From positions 518,038-582,037 of the forward strand of contig JBBDUI010000002.1 of assembly GCA_040903985.1 (NCBI GenBank): a DNA stretch of 64,000 bases, in the 5' to 3' direction. Under the pieces are notes generated by a model. The model made no database searches and had not been told where the DNA came from. It saw nothing but the letters and a program-made list of their open reading frames with translations. This document shows positions 45,444 to 56,563 of the stretch, piece after piece (position 1 is the stretch's first letter; the number at the start of each line of letters is the position of its first letter). Source of the DNA: Candidatus Saccharimonadales bacterium. Its GTDB lineage: Bacteria; Patescibacteriota; Saccharimonadia; QS-5-54-17. The position numbers and the translations under genes were made by a program.

Positions 45444-46424
45444 ATGAGTAAGGAAGAGCCGAAGCAAGCCGCGGAAGTTATAGTGCAGTCAAAGCGCAGC
45501 CGTAAATGGTGGCTGGTAGGCGCCTCGATTCTGCTGGCAGCGGTATTCGGGGCCGTGGTCGCTTTTGGTGCCTACCTTCAATACATCACCCCTCAACAGG
45601 CACCGCACTCCTACTTTGAGCGCCTGGCGGATGCTAATTCGGCCGAGTACGAGCTGGAGCTAGTAGTCGGTGAGAGTGAGGGTGAATTTAATCTCACGGG
45701 CAGCGGTGAATTTGCCGATCTAACGACAGATGAGACACAGCTTTCTTTCTATGGCGGGCTGACGGCTACGGAGCTGCCTTTTAGTTTGGCTCTCGACTTT
45801 CGCCTCATAGCCGACAATCTGTATCTGCGCAGTTCCGAGATCGATATTTTTAAGGTTTTTCTGCCCACTCTAGAGGCCGATACTTGGTATAGTTGGCAGT
45901 TTGAACCTGAGGATACTAGCGAGCTATCTGGCCGTAGTTGCTCAGTGGCAGACACTACAGCCATAAAACGTTATGCAGCAGAGGATTTGAGCGATCGCGT
46001 GGAGCTAGAGGATGCCCGCCGGCATAACTGGCTCCCTATTGAGCGTAATGGTCACCAGATTATTCACTACAGCGGCATCGTTCCCGGTAGGGTATTTGCA
46101 GCCATCGCAGCTGACCTGCGCGACGTGACGAGTGACGACTGCATTACTCTAGGGGACAGTGATGAGCTCGATGCCGCTCAAATGCAGCTGGGCTACGATA
46201 TCTACACTGGCCAAGACTATGATGAGGCAGTGGTTAAGATATTAGACAAAGGTAAGCAGGTAGCCAGCTTCAGTCTAACCACCCGAGGCTATGCCTATGA
46301 CGTGGAGCTGGAAATCCCGGAGAACTCTAAGTCATTAGAATCGTTATGGGAGGATCTCTCTGCCAGTTATAACTTTACTGGTCAGCTAGAAAGTAGTTCT
46401 AGCGACGGCTTCTTAGGGTTATAA
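45444..46424 (+). CDS. hypothetical membrane-anchored protein
   Basis: 326-aa ORF with an N-terminal TM helix and no recognisable motif. Confidence 0.45.
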   Translation: MSKEEPKQAAEVIVQSKRSRKWWLVGASILLAAVFGAVVAFGAYLQYITPQQAPHSYFERLADANSAEYELELVVGESEGEFNLTGSGEFADLTTDETQLSFYGGLTATELPFSLALDFRLIADNLYLRSSEIDIFKVFLPTLEADTWYSWQFEPEDTSELSGRSCSVADTTAIKRYAAEDLSDRVELEDARRHNWLPIERNGHQIIHYSGIVPGRVFAAIAADLRDVTSDDCITLGDSDELDAAQMQLGYDIYTGQDYDEAVVKILDKGKQVASFSLTTRGYAYDVELEIPENSKSLESLWEDLSASYNFTGQLESSSSDGFLGL

Positions 46425-46495
46425 TCGCGCCTATTATTAGTAGATAGTGGATAACTCGCTAGATTGAGCTCAAGCTACGGGTTACACTTAAATAT

Positions 46496-48562
46496 GTGAA
46501 TTTAATTGACGATTTAAACCCAAACCAGCGTGCTGCGGTGGAGCACATTGACGGTCCGTTGCTAATTCTAGCCGGGGCGGGTAGTGGCAAGACTAAGACC
46601 CTGACGCACCGTATCGCTCATATGATCGAGACCAAGGCGGCTACTCAGTGGGAGATTCTAGCCGTGACCTTTACTAATAAGGCAGCGGGCGAGATGCGCG
46701 CTCGGGTAGCTGGACTCTGCAGTGAAAATCCTAACAACCGTTCATTCATGCCTTTTTTGGGTACCTTCCACAGTATCTGCGTCCGTATCCTGCGCGAAGA
46801 GGCCGAGAACATCGGTTTGGCGCGCCAGTTCGTCATCTTCGACGCCGGAGATAGTCTGCAAGCGGTGAAGCAGGCGATGCGTCAACGGCAGGTTGATGAA
46901 AAGCGGTACAACCCTCGGGCTATTCGCGGACTAATATCTTCGGCCAAGAATGAGCTAGTAGATAGCGAACAGTACAAGGCGCTTACCTCAGGCGATCTCC
47001 AGAGCGTGGCGGCTGAGGTCTATCCTATTTATCAGCGTCTGCTCAACGAGGCTGAGGCGCTCGACTTCGATGACCTGCTAGCTCGGACGGTACGGATGTT
47101 TGAGTCTAAGCCAGAGATATTAAAACGGTGGCAGCAGAAGTTTCGCTACATTATGATCGATGAGTACCAGGACACTAATCATGCCCAGTATCGTTTCGCT
47201 AAACTTTTAGCGGACAAGCACCATAACTTATGTGTAGTGGGGGATGATTGGCAATCGATTTACTCTTGGCGCGGCGCCAATTTTCGCAACATACTTGATT
47301 TCGAGCGGGACTATCCACAGGCCAAAGTAGTTAAACTGGAGCAGAACTACCGTTCAACTCAGGCGATTCTAACCGCCGCTCAAGCTGTCATCGCTAAGAA
47401 CCAGACCCGCTCGAAGAAAGAGCTTTGGACCGAAGGTAATAGTGGGATCCCAGTCCAGGTGGAGCAGGCACCTAACGAACTGGCTGAGGCTGAAATCGTG
47501 ATGCGCTATGCTAAATCGACCACCCGTCCTTTATCCGATATCGCCGTTTTGTATCGCACTAATGCTCAGTCGCGTGCGTTAGAGGAGGTCTGTATTCGCT
47601 ACGGTGTACCATACCAGATCGTCGGTGGCGTCCGCTTCTATGAACGGAGAGAGATTAAGGACATCTTGGCTTATTTGCGACTGATTTATCAGCCGAACGA
47701 TCGGGTCAGTTTCGAACGTGTGATTAATCTGCCGCCTCGCGGTATCGGTGCTCGCAGTCTGGAGCAGTTCTTTGCCTGGCAGAGTGAGCAGGGCTTCCCA
47801 CTTCAGGTGGCTCTCAGCCGGATCGATGAGTGTGAGGTCCTGACCGCGCGTGCCGCTAACGCTTTCGCTAAATTCCGCGATTTATTGGAGGTGGTACGGG
47901 CGACTGAGCTAGTTCCGGCCGAGCTAATCGAGCTGGTATTAAATAAGAGTGGTTACATCGACTATATAAATGACGATACTATTCAAGCCGCTGAACGAAT
48001 CGAAAACGTGCAAGAGCTAGTCAGTGTGGCCCGTGAATTTCCCGATCTCGATCATTTCCTAGAGGAGGTGGCCTTAATCGCCGACATCGATGGCCTTGAT
48101 GATGAGCGGAGCGGTATTACCCTGATGACTCTGCACGCTGCTAAGGGCCTAGAATTCCCTGTCGTCTTCATCGTCGGTCTAGAGGAGGGTGTTTTTCCGC
48201 ATTCTCGTAGCATCTTCGATGCCGAGCAGATGGAGGAGGAGCGTCGTCTGATGTATGTCGGTATGACCAGGGCGATGGAGGAACTACATTTGCTGCATTC
48301 ACGTACGCGGATGCTGTTCGGTCAGACCAGTAGCAACCCCCCAGCTCGTTTCTTAGCTGAGATCGATGCAGAAAACGTAGTTCATGATGCAGCTCCTAAG
48401 ATGAGTAGTGCCGATATCGATGTCGATGTCGGCGTTCGTCATCCGGTATTCGGCGAGGGCCTAGTGGTGGCAATCGAGGGCGACGAAGTTATAGTGGCTT
48501 TCGCGCGCATTGGGAATAAGAAGTTATCACTGACTTACGCTCCACTCGAAAAGTTAGAGTAG
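46496..48562 (+). CDS. pcrA: ATP-dependent DNA helicase PcrA/UvrD
   Basis: GTG start; motifs GAGSGKTKTLTHR, the TFTNKAA region and DEYQDTN. Confidence 0.9.
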   Translation: MNLIDDLNPNQRAAVEHIDGPLLILAGAGSGKTKTLTHRIAHMIETKAATQWEILAVTFTNKAAGEMRARVAGLCSENPNNRSFMPFLGTFHSICVRILREEAENIGLARQFVIFDAGDSLQAVKQAMRQRQVDEKRYNPRAIRGLISSAKNELVDSEQYKALTSGDLQSVAAEVYPIYQRLLNEAEALDFDDLLARTVRMFESKPEILKRWQQKFRYIMIDEYQDTNHAQYRFAKLLADKHHNLCVVGDDWQSIYSWRGANFRNILDFERDYPQAKVVKLEQNYRSTQAILTAAQAVIAKNQTRSKKELWTEGNSGIPVQVEQAPNELAEAEIVMRYAKSTTRPLSDIAVLYRTNAQSRALEEVCIRYGVPYQIVGGVRFYERREIKDILAYLRLIYQPNDRVSFERVINLPPRGIGARSLEQFFAWQSEQGFPLQVALSRIDECEVLTARAANAFAKFRDLLEVVRATELVPAELIELVLNKSGYIDYINDDTIQAAERIENVQELVSVAREFPDLDHFLEEVALIADIDGLDDERSGITLMTLHAAKGLEFPVVFIVGLEEGVFPHSRSIFDAEQMEEERRLMYVGMTRAMEELHLLHSRTRMLFGQTSSNPPARFLAEIDAENVVHDAAPKMSSADIDVDVGVRHPVFGEGLVVAIEGDEVIVAFARIGNKKLSLTYAPLEKLE

Positions 48563-48997
48563 ATGGGGGTCTATCATCGGCTAGTACGGATCGGTTTTTT
48601 GCTACATAATTTTTTGCGGCGACCTCAGTTGTATCGAGTCCGATGCGCTATTTTCTACCAAGGCGAGATATTGCTAGTACGCCATGTGGGTGGGGCTAAC
48701 GAATGGTCTCTACCTGGTGGTGGTATCCACCGGAATGAAACTCCAATCATCGCGGCCGAACGGGAAGTATGGGAGGAACTAAAGCTGACGGTGTCTAATT
48801 TGCGTGAACTAGAGCACATGCGCGTTACCCACAAGTATGTTACGACCGATAACGTCCTAGTTCGTGGCGAGGCTACTATGCGGAAGCTGAGGCGGCGTAA
48901 GTGGGAGCTGCAAGCGGCGGAATGGTTTACCTTGGACGATCTGCCAACGCCACTTTCTCCCACTGCTAAGCGCGTGATCGACATCACAAAAAGTTAA
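48563..48997 (+). CDS. NUDIX hydrolase
   Basis: Nudix box LPGGGIHRNETPIIAAEREVWEELKL. Confidence 0.6.
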   Translation: MGVYHRLVRIGFLLHNFLRRPQLYRVRCAIFYQGEILLVRHVGGANEWSLPGGGIHRNETPIIAAEREVWEELKLTVSNLRELEHMRVTHKYVTTDNVLVRGEATMRKLRRRKWELQAAEWFTLDDLPTPLSPTAKRVIDITKS

Positions 48998-49111
48998 GTT
49001 GCATTCGACCCTACACCCCTGTAAAATTAAGCTTGACTTAACGTCAGTACTTGCTAGAATTAGTCCTGTTTGTTTATTCATGTGAGGTGGGTAAATAGCA
49101 TATAGTAAGGG

Positions 49112-50356
49112 GTGGAGCCCCAGGAGAAATTTATTTTAAGGCGACACTATACTAAGGTGATTGATAAGTATCACATTAGTAAATTTGAGCTTAAGCTAGC
49201 TGTAAGTACAGTCGGCGTTCTGCTACTAATTGTTGCAGGATTAATGCCAGGTCAGATCAATGCCGGCACTAACTCAGTAGTAAGTATTTATGTAGATAAT
49301 GAGAAACAAGTGGTCCGTACCGATGCTGAGACTGTTGGCGAGGCACTAGAACGGGCCGAGATTAAAGTTGATGAGCACGACTTGGTAGAGCCGAGCCCGA
49401 CGGCTGAGATTACCAACCAGGTCTTTAATATCAACGTCTACCGGGCTGTACCAGTCCTGCTGGTAGATGGGGAGAACCAACACCGTATCGAGAGTGCCTA
49501 TGGTAGTCCCCGTTTGATGGCAGAGAATTCCGGAGTAGTAGATTTATATGAAGAAGACCGGGTGGAAGCGGAGTTGATTCAGGATTTTCTCAGTGAAGGT
49601 CATGTCGGGTATAAGGTTACGATTGATCGGGCCGTGCCATTCAGTCTGCAAATTGGGGATAAGACTACTACTATGCGTACCCACGGGGCAACCGTCGGAG
49701 AGATGTTCGCGGAGGCAGGAATTGAGATTAGCGAACATGACATAGTGCAACCAAAGCTAGAGACTGCGATTACCGCCGGTATGGAGGTTGCTCTAACTCA
49801 GGTGGGGTTTGAGACTGTCACAGAGGAAATCGAAGTCGCCCCGGAGACTAAGACCGTAAGAGATAACAACCGACCGTTGGGCTATGAAAAAATCGAAGAA
49901 GAAGGTAGGTTAGGCGTGGCACTCGCCACCTACCGGATAGAACTGCGTAATGGCAAAGAGGTAGGTCGTGAGGAGATCCGTCGAGTTGTCGAGCGTGATG
50001 CTGAACCGCGAGTTGTGGTTGTGGGTAATAAGCTTAACTATAGTGCGAGCGAGAACCGTGAGATAGGTAGACTGATGGCGGCTGAGCGGGGGTGGACCGG
50101 TTCGCAGTGGACTTGCTTAGACACGTTATGGGGAGGTGAATCTGAGTGGAGACATACGGTTTCTAACTATCAAGGTTCGGGCGCCTATGGTATCGCCCAA
50201 GCTCTACCGGGTAGTAAGATGGCATCCCATGGTAGCGACTGGGCCACTAACCCTAGAACTCAAATTGCGTGGGGTCTCGATTATATTACTAATCGGTATA
50301 CCAATCCGTGTGGCGCTTACAACTTTTGGCTAAGCAAAAGCCCGCACTGGTACTAG
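49112..50356 (+). CDS. RpfB-like protein: DUF348 repeats, G5 domain and C-terminal transglycosylase-like domain
   Basis: N-terminal TM and repeated ~45-aa ubiquitin-like DUF348 modules. C-terminus WGGESEW...AYGIAQALP...NPCGAYNFW resembles the Rpf/transglycosylase-like domain. Confidence 0.55.
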   Translation: MEPQEKFILRRHYTKVIDKYHISKFELKLAVSTVGVLLLIVAGLMPGQINAGTNSVVSIYVDNEKQVVRTDAETVGEALERAEIKVDEHDLVEPSPTAEITNQVFNINVYRAVPVLLVDGENQHRIESAYGSPRLMAENSGVVDLYEEDRVEAELIQDFLSEGHVGYKVTIDRAVPFSLQIGDKTTTMRTHGATVGEMFAEAGIEISEHDIVQPKLETAITAGMEVALTQVGFETVTEEIEVAPETKTVRDNNRPLGYEKIEEEGRLGVALATYRIELRNGKEVGREEIRRVVERDAEPRVVVVGNKLNYSASENREIGRLMAAERGWTGSQWTCLDTLWGGESEWRHTVSNYQGSGAYGIAQALPGSKMASHGSDWATNPRTQIAWGLDYITNRYTNPCGAYNFWLSKSPHWY

Positions 50357-50482
50357 TAAGTTAGGCCGATATATAAGGACCTCTTCGGGTATCTCCTCTA
50401 CTATTCCGACTCAGAGATTACAATTAGAGAACCGAACTACTTAGACGCCCCTGATTGTGTTGACCATGCTAAGATAAACACT

Positions 50483-50914
50483 ATGAAACACTATAAATCT
50501 GGTGACAGTTGGACTCTAATCTTTAATAAGGGCGAGCCATTCATCGCCACTATGACTGAATTTTGTCATAAGCAGCGAATTAAGGCGGGCTTCTTCCACG
50601 GCCTAGGTGGTGTCTTAAGTGCAGAAATCGGCTACTACCATCTCGATCGTAAGGAGTACGAATTTCGTAAACTGGATGAGGTGCTAGAAATAGCTAGTCT
50701 GCACGGCAGTGTAGCGCTAAAAGATGATGAACTGTTCATCCATGCTCACGGGGTGTTTAGTGACACTGATTTATGCACTTATGGGGGACACATCAGAGAG
50801 ATGGTTGTAGGTGGCACCCTCGAGCTACAACTGCAGTCCTTGGAAGGAAGTTGGGCCAGACAGCTAGATGAAGATACGGGACTGAGCCTAATTAATTTCG
50901 ATGAATCCGCCTAA
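50483..50914 (+). CDS. PPC (DUF296) domain protein
   Basis: Pattern GLGGVLSAEIGYY...LHGSVALKDDELFIHAHGVFSD typical of the PCC/DUF296 fold. Confidence 0.55.
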   Translation: MKHYKSGDSWTLIFNKGEPFIATMTEFCHKQRIKAGFFHGLGGVLSAEIGYYHLDRKEYEFRKLDEVLEIASLHGSVALKDDELFIHAHGVFSDTDLCTYGGHIREMVVGGTLELQLQSLEGSWARQLDEDTGLSLINFDESA

Positions 50915-51683
50915 GAAATCTCTCGGACAGCACTGGTTGTTTGATGATGCAGCGCTAGACGCAGTGGTAGCAGCAGGGGAGGTTACGGCTCAAGATACGG
51001 TGCTAGAGATTGGCCCTGGGCTCGGCACTTTAACGGCTAAATTGGTGAGTCAGGCCGCTGGAGTAGTAGCGGTCGAGACGGATCGAGAGTTAGCGGCTGG
51101 ACTGGCTGCGCGGGTCCCGGCTACCAACCTAGAGGTCGTTAGAGCAGATATTCTGCAGTTTGATTTGACCCAGCTACCAACTGGTTATAAAGCAGTGGCT
51201 AACATCCCGTATTATCTAACCTCTAAAATATTGCAGTACCTAATTGAGGCCGATAACTCCCCTACGCTACTAGCTTTACTGATGCAGAAAGAGGTGGCCG
51301 AGCGTGTAACCGCTAGCCCGGGGGCGATGTCGGTTTTAGCCTTTAGTGTGCAGTACTACGGTGTCGCAACTATCATGGGGGAGATACCGAAAGAGCTATT
51401 CGAGCCAGTGCCAAAAGTCGACTCGGCCATCCTTCAGGTGAAGCCTTATCCTGAACCATACTTTCCGGCCGAACGGAAAATACTTTTTCGTCTGGTCAAA
51501 GCTGGCTTCGGGGAACGGCGGAAAAAACTCATTAACTCTCTGGCCGGTGGACTACAGATTAGTAAAGCGGCTAGTCTAGAACTGGTAGAATCGGCCGGCT
51601 TACCAGTGACCGTTCGTGCTCAGGAGCTCTCATTGGGCGATTGGGGACGGTTGTATCACTCCTACATCACTTACCTGCGCTAA
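50901..51683 (+). CDS. rsmA: 16S rRNA (adenine1518/1519-N6)-dimethyltransferase RsmA/KsgA
   Basis: KSLGQHWL N-terminus, SAM-binding motif VLEIGPGLGTLT, and NIPY. Confidence 0.9.
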   Translation: MNPPKKSLGQHWLFDDAALDAVVAAGEVTAQDTVLEIGPGLGTLTAKLVSQAAGVVAVETDRELAAGLAARVPATNLEVVRADILQFDLTQLPTGYKAVANIPYYLTSKILQYLIEADNSPTLLALLMQKEVAERVTASPGAMSVLAFSVQYYGVATIMGEIPKELFEPVPKVDSAILQVKPYPEPYFPAERKILFRLVKAGFGERRKKLINSLAGGLQISKAASLELVESAGLPVTVRAQELSLGDWGRLYHSYITYLR

Positions 51684-51724
51684 CTGTCCTTAGCATCACT
51701 CTAGACTTTTAAACCACAAGCATA

Positions 51725-53536
51725 GTGGCGTATTATCTATATAAGATGAAAATAAAACTTACAGCCCTAATCGGTGCACTCGTGTTTATTGTCGGGCTAG
51801 CCGCGCCAGTTACAGTCGTGGCGGCTAGTGAGGATTTCGATTTTAGTATAAATCATCAGTTTGAGGTGAGTGATAGTACTGTCGGCGTGCGCCATGATAT
51901 CGAGGTTAACAATAAGAGCCAGACTGGTCTAGAGACTGTTGAGTTCGCTCTACCGGTCGGGGTGGCTAGTGACATCACGGTACGCTATGGCGACGGAGCT
52001 AATATACCGTTCAGTTCGGTACTAAAGAGCTCCAGCTCCGGCGGTGTCGAGTTTGAACACACCAGCCTAGTGTTAGATTTCCCTCGGACTAATGATGGTC
52101 TGAATAAAAGTTGGAATTTCACGGTGGCCTATAGCACCAGCGAAGGCCGGCACATCAACGGCGAGAGCCGCGTCCTACTTTGGCCGTTTCTCGATGGACG
52201 ATTGCAGGCGGAATGGAGCGCTACCGTGGATGTGCCCCAGGAGTGGCCGTTACTCAACTACCAGCCGGAGCTGGATATAACTACGGTGGGCTCAGACACC
52301 CAGTTTCGCTTTAACGGTAGCGACTACCCCGGGGATGTACTAGGGCTGTCGTTCGGAGCGGATATGCTACATACGCTCAGCTACTCCCAGCGTCTAAGCA
52401 ACCGCTCACTGCTACCGCGTGTAATGTCTGTGATATTGCCACTTGATCTGCATAGCCAGTCAGTGCAGCTGGAGGATCTGAGCCCGCGCCCGAACCGGAT
52501 GCGGGTTGATGGGGACGGAAATGTTATCGCTTACTATCGGCTCTGGCCTTTTCAGTCAAAGACGGTCTCCTATAGCGCTCAAGTCAGCTCCCGTCAGCTT
52601 CGCTACGACACTACTAAGGCCGGTGACATCACGACTACTCCAGATGATCTTAGAGACTATACGCTAGGGGGTAAGTACTGGTCGACTCAGGGTACGGCCG
52701 GTGAGCAGGCGACTCAGCTTATCGATACTGAGACTAATGCCTGGAATAATATTCTGCGCATAGTGACTTACGTGCAGGATGAAGTGCGGTATAACCCGGA
52801 GTTAACAGCACGCTTATCGGCCGACAAGGTACTGGAGGCCGGTGAGGGTAATGCCGAGAATTTAGCGGATACGTTACTGACCATGCTACGGAGCCAAGGC
52901 ATCGCCGCGCGCCTAATCTATGGCCCGGTCTTGCCTAGTACGGGCCTAAGTGATGAAGCTAAATTTCATACCTGGGTCGAGGCTTATGTGCCCGAAGCTG
53001 GTTGGGTGCACTTGGATCCGATCTGGGCGCGACTGTTTGGCAGCAGCGGCTCCATCAGCTCTGATCGGATCGGTTTTTTGAGTGTAAGCCATGACGATCA
53101 ATCTGGGCTGTATCACTCACTGGCGGATACGATTCGGATAGCTCCGGCCGAAACGGCGCTGGAGGAAACAGCTCCGGCCGATTTACTCGACTTATCTGCG
53201 GAGCGCTATGTGGTCTTACCGGGATTAATGTTCGATACCCAAAGAGTCGAGAATAGGAGCGGTCGGATAGTCGACGACGTGACGCTAGAAGATACCGCAC
53301 TTGGTTCCCTAGCTCCGCTTCAGAGCTTGAGTGTACGTAGCTGGCAGCTGGGCGGCTGGAGTCCGCAGACGATAACCGCTACGGTTGGAGAGCTGGAGTT
53401 TAGCTCGCAAGCAGGCGTCAACTGGTGGCCCTTTGGTGTCCTCTGCCTCACAGCCATACTAGCTGCTGCCGTTTGGTATCACTTATTACGGCGTAAGCAG
53501 TACTTGCATCGACGTCTGGGTCACCATAGTTTCTAG
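51725..53536 (+). CDS. secreted transglutaminase-like domain protein with C-terminal TM anchor
   Basis: Signal/TM at N-terminus. Transglutaminase-like core around GNAENLADTLLTMLRSQGIAARLIYG...FHTWVEAYVPEAGWVHLDP (His and Asp present, Cys position occupied by Asn). C-terminal TM. Confidence 0.55.
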   Translation: MAYYLYKMKIKLTALIGALVFIVGLAAPVTVVAASEDFDFSINHQFEVSDSTVGVRHDIEVNNKSQTGLETVEFALPVGVASDITVRYGDGANIPFSSVLKSSSSGGVEFEHTSLVLDFPRTNDGLNKSWNFTVAYSTSEGRHINGESRVLLWPFLDGRLQAEWSATVDVPQEWPLLNYQPELDITTVGSDTQFRFNGSDYPGDVLGLSFGADMLHTLSYSQRLSNRSLLPRVMSVILPLDLHSQSVQLEDLSPRPNRMRVDGDGNVIAYYRLWPFQSKTVSYSAQVSSRQLRYDTTKAGDITTTPDDLRDYTLGGKYWSTQGTAGEQATQLIDTETNAWNNILRIVTYVQDEVRYNPELTARLSADKVLEAGEGNAENLADTLLTMLRSQGIAARLIYGPVLPSTGLSDEAKFHTWVEAYVPEAGWVHLDPIWARLFGSSGSISSDRIGFLSVSHDDQSGLYHSLADTIRIAPAETALEETAPADLLDLSAERYVVLPGLMFDTQRVENRSGRIVDDVTLEDTALGSLAPLQSLSVRSWQLGGWSPQTITATVGELEFSSQAGVNWWPFGVLCLTAILAAAVWYHLLRRKQYLHRRLGHHSF

Positions 53537-53628
53537 GCCGATCTTTGCCAGTAGGGTGGTCTGAAGTATATTATGGTGGTTGTACGCTTGGTACGTGACA
53601 GAGTGAAGATTAAATAGTTTAGGTTAGA

Positions 53629-55071
53629 ATGGCAAAGTTTTACGTTAGCACCCCAATTTATTACATCAACGCTCCGGCCCATATCGGGAACGCCTATACT
53701 ACCGTAGCGGCCGATGTACTGGCTCGCTACTATCGGCAGCAGAATGACGAGGTGTTTTTCAGCGTCGGTACCGATGAGAATAGTCAGAAAACAGTAAAGG
53801 CAGCCGAGCAGCAGGGTCTACCGGTGGGCGAGTATGCGGATGCGCTAGCCGCTCAGTGGAAACTGGTCTGGGATCGGCTGAATATCAGCTACGATCGATT
53901 CGTCCGCACCACGGAGCAGGATCATCAAACGGCTGTTTATGCTATGTTCGAGCGCTTGCAAGCTAGTGGCGACATCTACAAAGATACTTATCGTGGCTTG
54001 TATTGTGAGGGTTGCGAGGGCTTCGTACGTCCCGGCGATTTAAAGAATGGACTTTGCCCGGACCATCAGGTCGCCCCGCAGGAGATCGAAGAAGAAAACT
54101 ATTTCTTTAAACTCAGCCGTTACCAGCAAGCACTGCTTGATCACATCACTGCTAATCCGGAGTTCATCCAACCTGAGAGCCGGCGTAACGAAGTAGTCGC
54201 CTTTATCACGCGCGGGCTGGATGATTTTAGTATCAGTCGCGAGGGCAAGGAATGGGGTATCCCGTACCCCGGTGATCCAGCACATAAGATCTATGTCTGG
54301 GTCGAAGCCTTGATGAACTATCTGACTGTTACCGGTTATCCAGCGGCAGGTTATGAGTCCATCTGGCCGGCCGATGTGCACCTAGTCGGGAAGGATATCA
54401 TTAAGTTTCACTGTGTTTACTGGCCGGCTTTACTAATGAGTGCTGAGCTGCCTCTGCCTCGAACTGTGATGGCTAATGGATTTCTCAACATAGGTGGGAC
54501 GAAGATCTCTAAGTCGCTCGGGAATGCTATCGATCCGTTGCAGCTAGTAGAGACCTATGGGGTGGATGCACTGCGCTATATTTTGCTGCGTTCCACACCG
54601 TTCGGTCAAGATGGAGACTTCACTATGGAGCGTTTTGAGGCCGTTTATAACAGTGACCTAGCTAATGATCTCGGTAATCTAGTCAGTCGTGTGGCAGCTA
54701 TGATTACTAAATATCAAGAGGGTACAATCGGTCCGGCGGCCGATCCAGCTCACGATACCAGCCCCTATCATAGCGCTATAAAAAACTTCCGTTTCGACCT
54801 GGCACTGGAGCAGGTAGCTAACTTCACTAAGGACCTCAACCTCTATATCGAAGAAGAAAAGCCGTGGCAGGTTGCCCGTGAGGACCCGGAGCATCTGCAA
54901 GAGATACTAGCCTACCTCGCTAGCAATCTAGTGCGTGTGGGGCAGATGTTGCAGCCATTCATGCCGGAAACCGGAGAGAAAATCGCTACTATGTTTGGCG
55001 GTACTCAGTTAATCCCGATCGAGGGGACTCTCTTTCCTAAGTCTGAATCACACCCTACCGATACTGAGTAG
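53629..55071 (+). CDS. metG: methionyl-tRNA synthetase (short form)
   Basis: HIGH-type motif APAHIGNAYT, Zn-knuckle region, and KISKS motif (KISKSLGN). Confidence 0.9.
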   Translation: MAKFYVSTPIYYINAPAHIGNAYTTVAADVLARYYRQQNDEVFFSVGTDENSQKTVKAAEQQGLPVGEYADALAAQWKLVWDRLNISYDRFVRTTEQDHQTAVYAMFERLQASGDIYKDTYRGLYCEGCEGFVRPGDLKNGLCPDHQVAPQEIEEENYFFKLSRYQQALLDHITANPEFIQPESRRNEVVAFITRGLDDFSISREGKEWGIPYPGDPAHKIYVWVEALMNYLTVTGYPAAGYESIWPADVHLVGKDIIKFHCVYWPALLMSAELPLPRTVMANGFLNIGGTKISKSLGNAIDPLQLVETYGVDALRYILLRSTPFGQDGDFTMERFEAVYNSDLANDLGNLVSRVAAMITKYQEGTIGPAADPAHDTSPYHSAIKNFRFDLALEQVANFTKDLNLYIEEEKPWQVAREDPEHLQEILAYLASNLVRVGQMLQPFMPETGEKIATMFGGTQLIPIEGTLFPKSESHPTDTE

Positions 55072-55890
55072 GTGAGTATGGCGGTTGAGCAGCATACCCT
55101 AATCGACACCCATACCCATCCGCACATGGCCGGCTATAAATTGCCGCCATCGGAGTTTTGGCAGTTAACTGAAGCGGCAGGAGTGGAGCAGGTCATCTGT
55201 GTTGGCACCGATGCGGCCGATTCTCAGCGGGCGATCGAGTTCACCCGGCAGTATAGGTCAGCCCGAGCTAGTGTCGGCCTGCATCCACATGAGGCTAGCA
55301 GGTGGGAAGAACAGCGCTCACCCCTAGCGGAGTTAGCTGCTAGCCCAGAGGTAGTGGCGATTGGGGAGTGTGGGCTGGACTACTACTATGCCCACTCGAC
55401 GGTTGCTGAGCAGCAGGTGGCACTACAGGGACAGTTGGAGCTAGCCTATAAACACGATCTGCCCCTGATATTTCATGTACGCCGTAGTAGCGATCAGGCC
55501 GCCGCGTCAGATGCCTTCACCGATCTGTTTGAGCTAATCGACGAGTACGCCGATCGAGCAGGTCGTATCCGAGGTGTGGTGCACTCATTTACGGCCGAAC
55601 CGGCCACGCTCAAGGCGTGCGTAGATCGTGGGCTGTATATCGGGCTTAACGGCATCATGACTTTTACTCGCGACGCGCCCCAATTAGCCGCCGCCAAGGC
55701 AGTACCACTGGCTAATTTAGTGTTGGAAACAGATGCTCCATTCTTGACTCCTGACCCCTATCGTGGTACGGTAAATCATTCTGGACACGTGAGGACAGTG
55801 GCCGAATTTTTAAGCCAACTACGTGGCGAGCCGCTAGTTGATGTAGCTAGCGCAACTACCAAGAATGCTAAGGAGCTTTTCAGATTATGA
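55072..55890 (+). CDS. tatD: TatD-family metal-dependent DNase/hydrolase
   Basis: GTG start immediately after metG. Motifs IDTHTHPH, GECGLDYY and HSF. Confidence 0.8.
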   Translation: MSMAVEQHTLIDTHTHPHMAGYKLPPSEFWQLTEAAGVEQVICVGTDAADSQRAIEFTRQYRSARASVGLHPHEASRWEEQRSPLAELAASPEVVAIGECGLDYYYAHSTVAEQQVALQGQLELAYKHDLPLIFHVRRSSDQAAASDAFTDLFELIDEYADRAGRIRGVVHSFTAEPATLKACVDRGLYIGLNGIMTFTRDAPQLAAAKAVPLANLVLETDAPFLTPDPYRGTVNHSGHVRTVAEFLSQLRGEPLVDVASATTKNAKELFRL

Positions 55891-56555
55891 TCGACCCAGG
55901 TACATTTCAGATACCAAATCAGTCACAGCCTCGGCCTGAGGCTGCGACTGCTGCCAGCTTAGAAAATGATTATGCCGCTGCCTTATCAATAGAGGATGTG
56001 AAACGGGGCATAGGTGCAGCTGAGATTTATGCCAACCAAGCCAGTGTGGGGCCGATGCAGGCCGCTCGGGCTGAAGCTAAGCCAGAAGCCAGTACTACGA
56101 GTGAGACCATACAGCTGATTAATAACATCGGTGAGTGTGGAGATTGGGTAGCTTACCAGCGGGAGCAGTACCTGCAGAGCGTTAATCCGGTTCGAGGCGT
56201 TTGGCAGTGGTTGGGTGGTGTCCCGACTGACCTACCTAGTCTGATGCGTCAAGAGGCTAAGCTTAGCAGCCAGTTGTTTGCCGATCGGCGCAGCACATTG
56301 TTTCTCTATGATCGAGCTGGTGCCGGTCATGCCGAATGGGTCTTGCAGGTGGCCGCTCAAAGTCCGAATCAGTTACCGACTACCGTTTACTACGAGGTTA
56401 ATTCCGGGGCTAACGCTGCCGAGGTTCGTCTACTGGCTAAGTGGCCAGAGTCAGAGCACCGTCACGCTACAGCCGAAGAGGTAGTGCGCCTAAATCTAGC
56501 TGCTGCCGCTTACTATAAATTGGTGACCAGTCGAATTTATAACAGCACTAACTAG
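55887..56555 (+). CDS. hypothetical protein
   Basis: 222-aa ORF overlapping the tatD end by 4 nt; no motif recognised. Confidence 0.45.
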   Translation: MIDPGTFQIPNQSQPRPEAATAASLENDYAAALSIEDVKRGIGAAEIYANQASVGPMQAARAEAKPEASTTSETIQLINNIGECGDWVAYQREQYLQSVNPVRGVWQWLGGVPTDLPSLMRQEAKLSSQLFADRRSTLFLYDRAGAGHAEWVLQVAAQSPNQLPTTVYYEVNSGANAAEVRLLAKWPESEHRHATAEEVVRLNLAAAAYYKLVTSRIYNSTN

Positions 56556-56563
56556 GGACATCG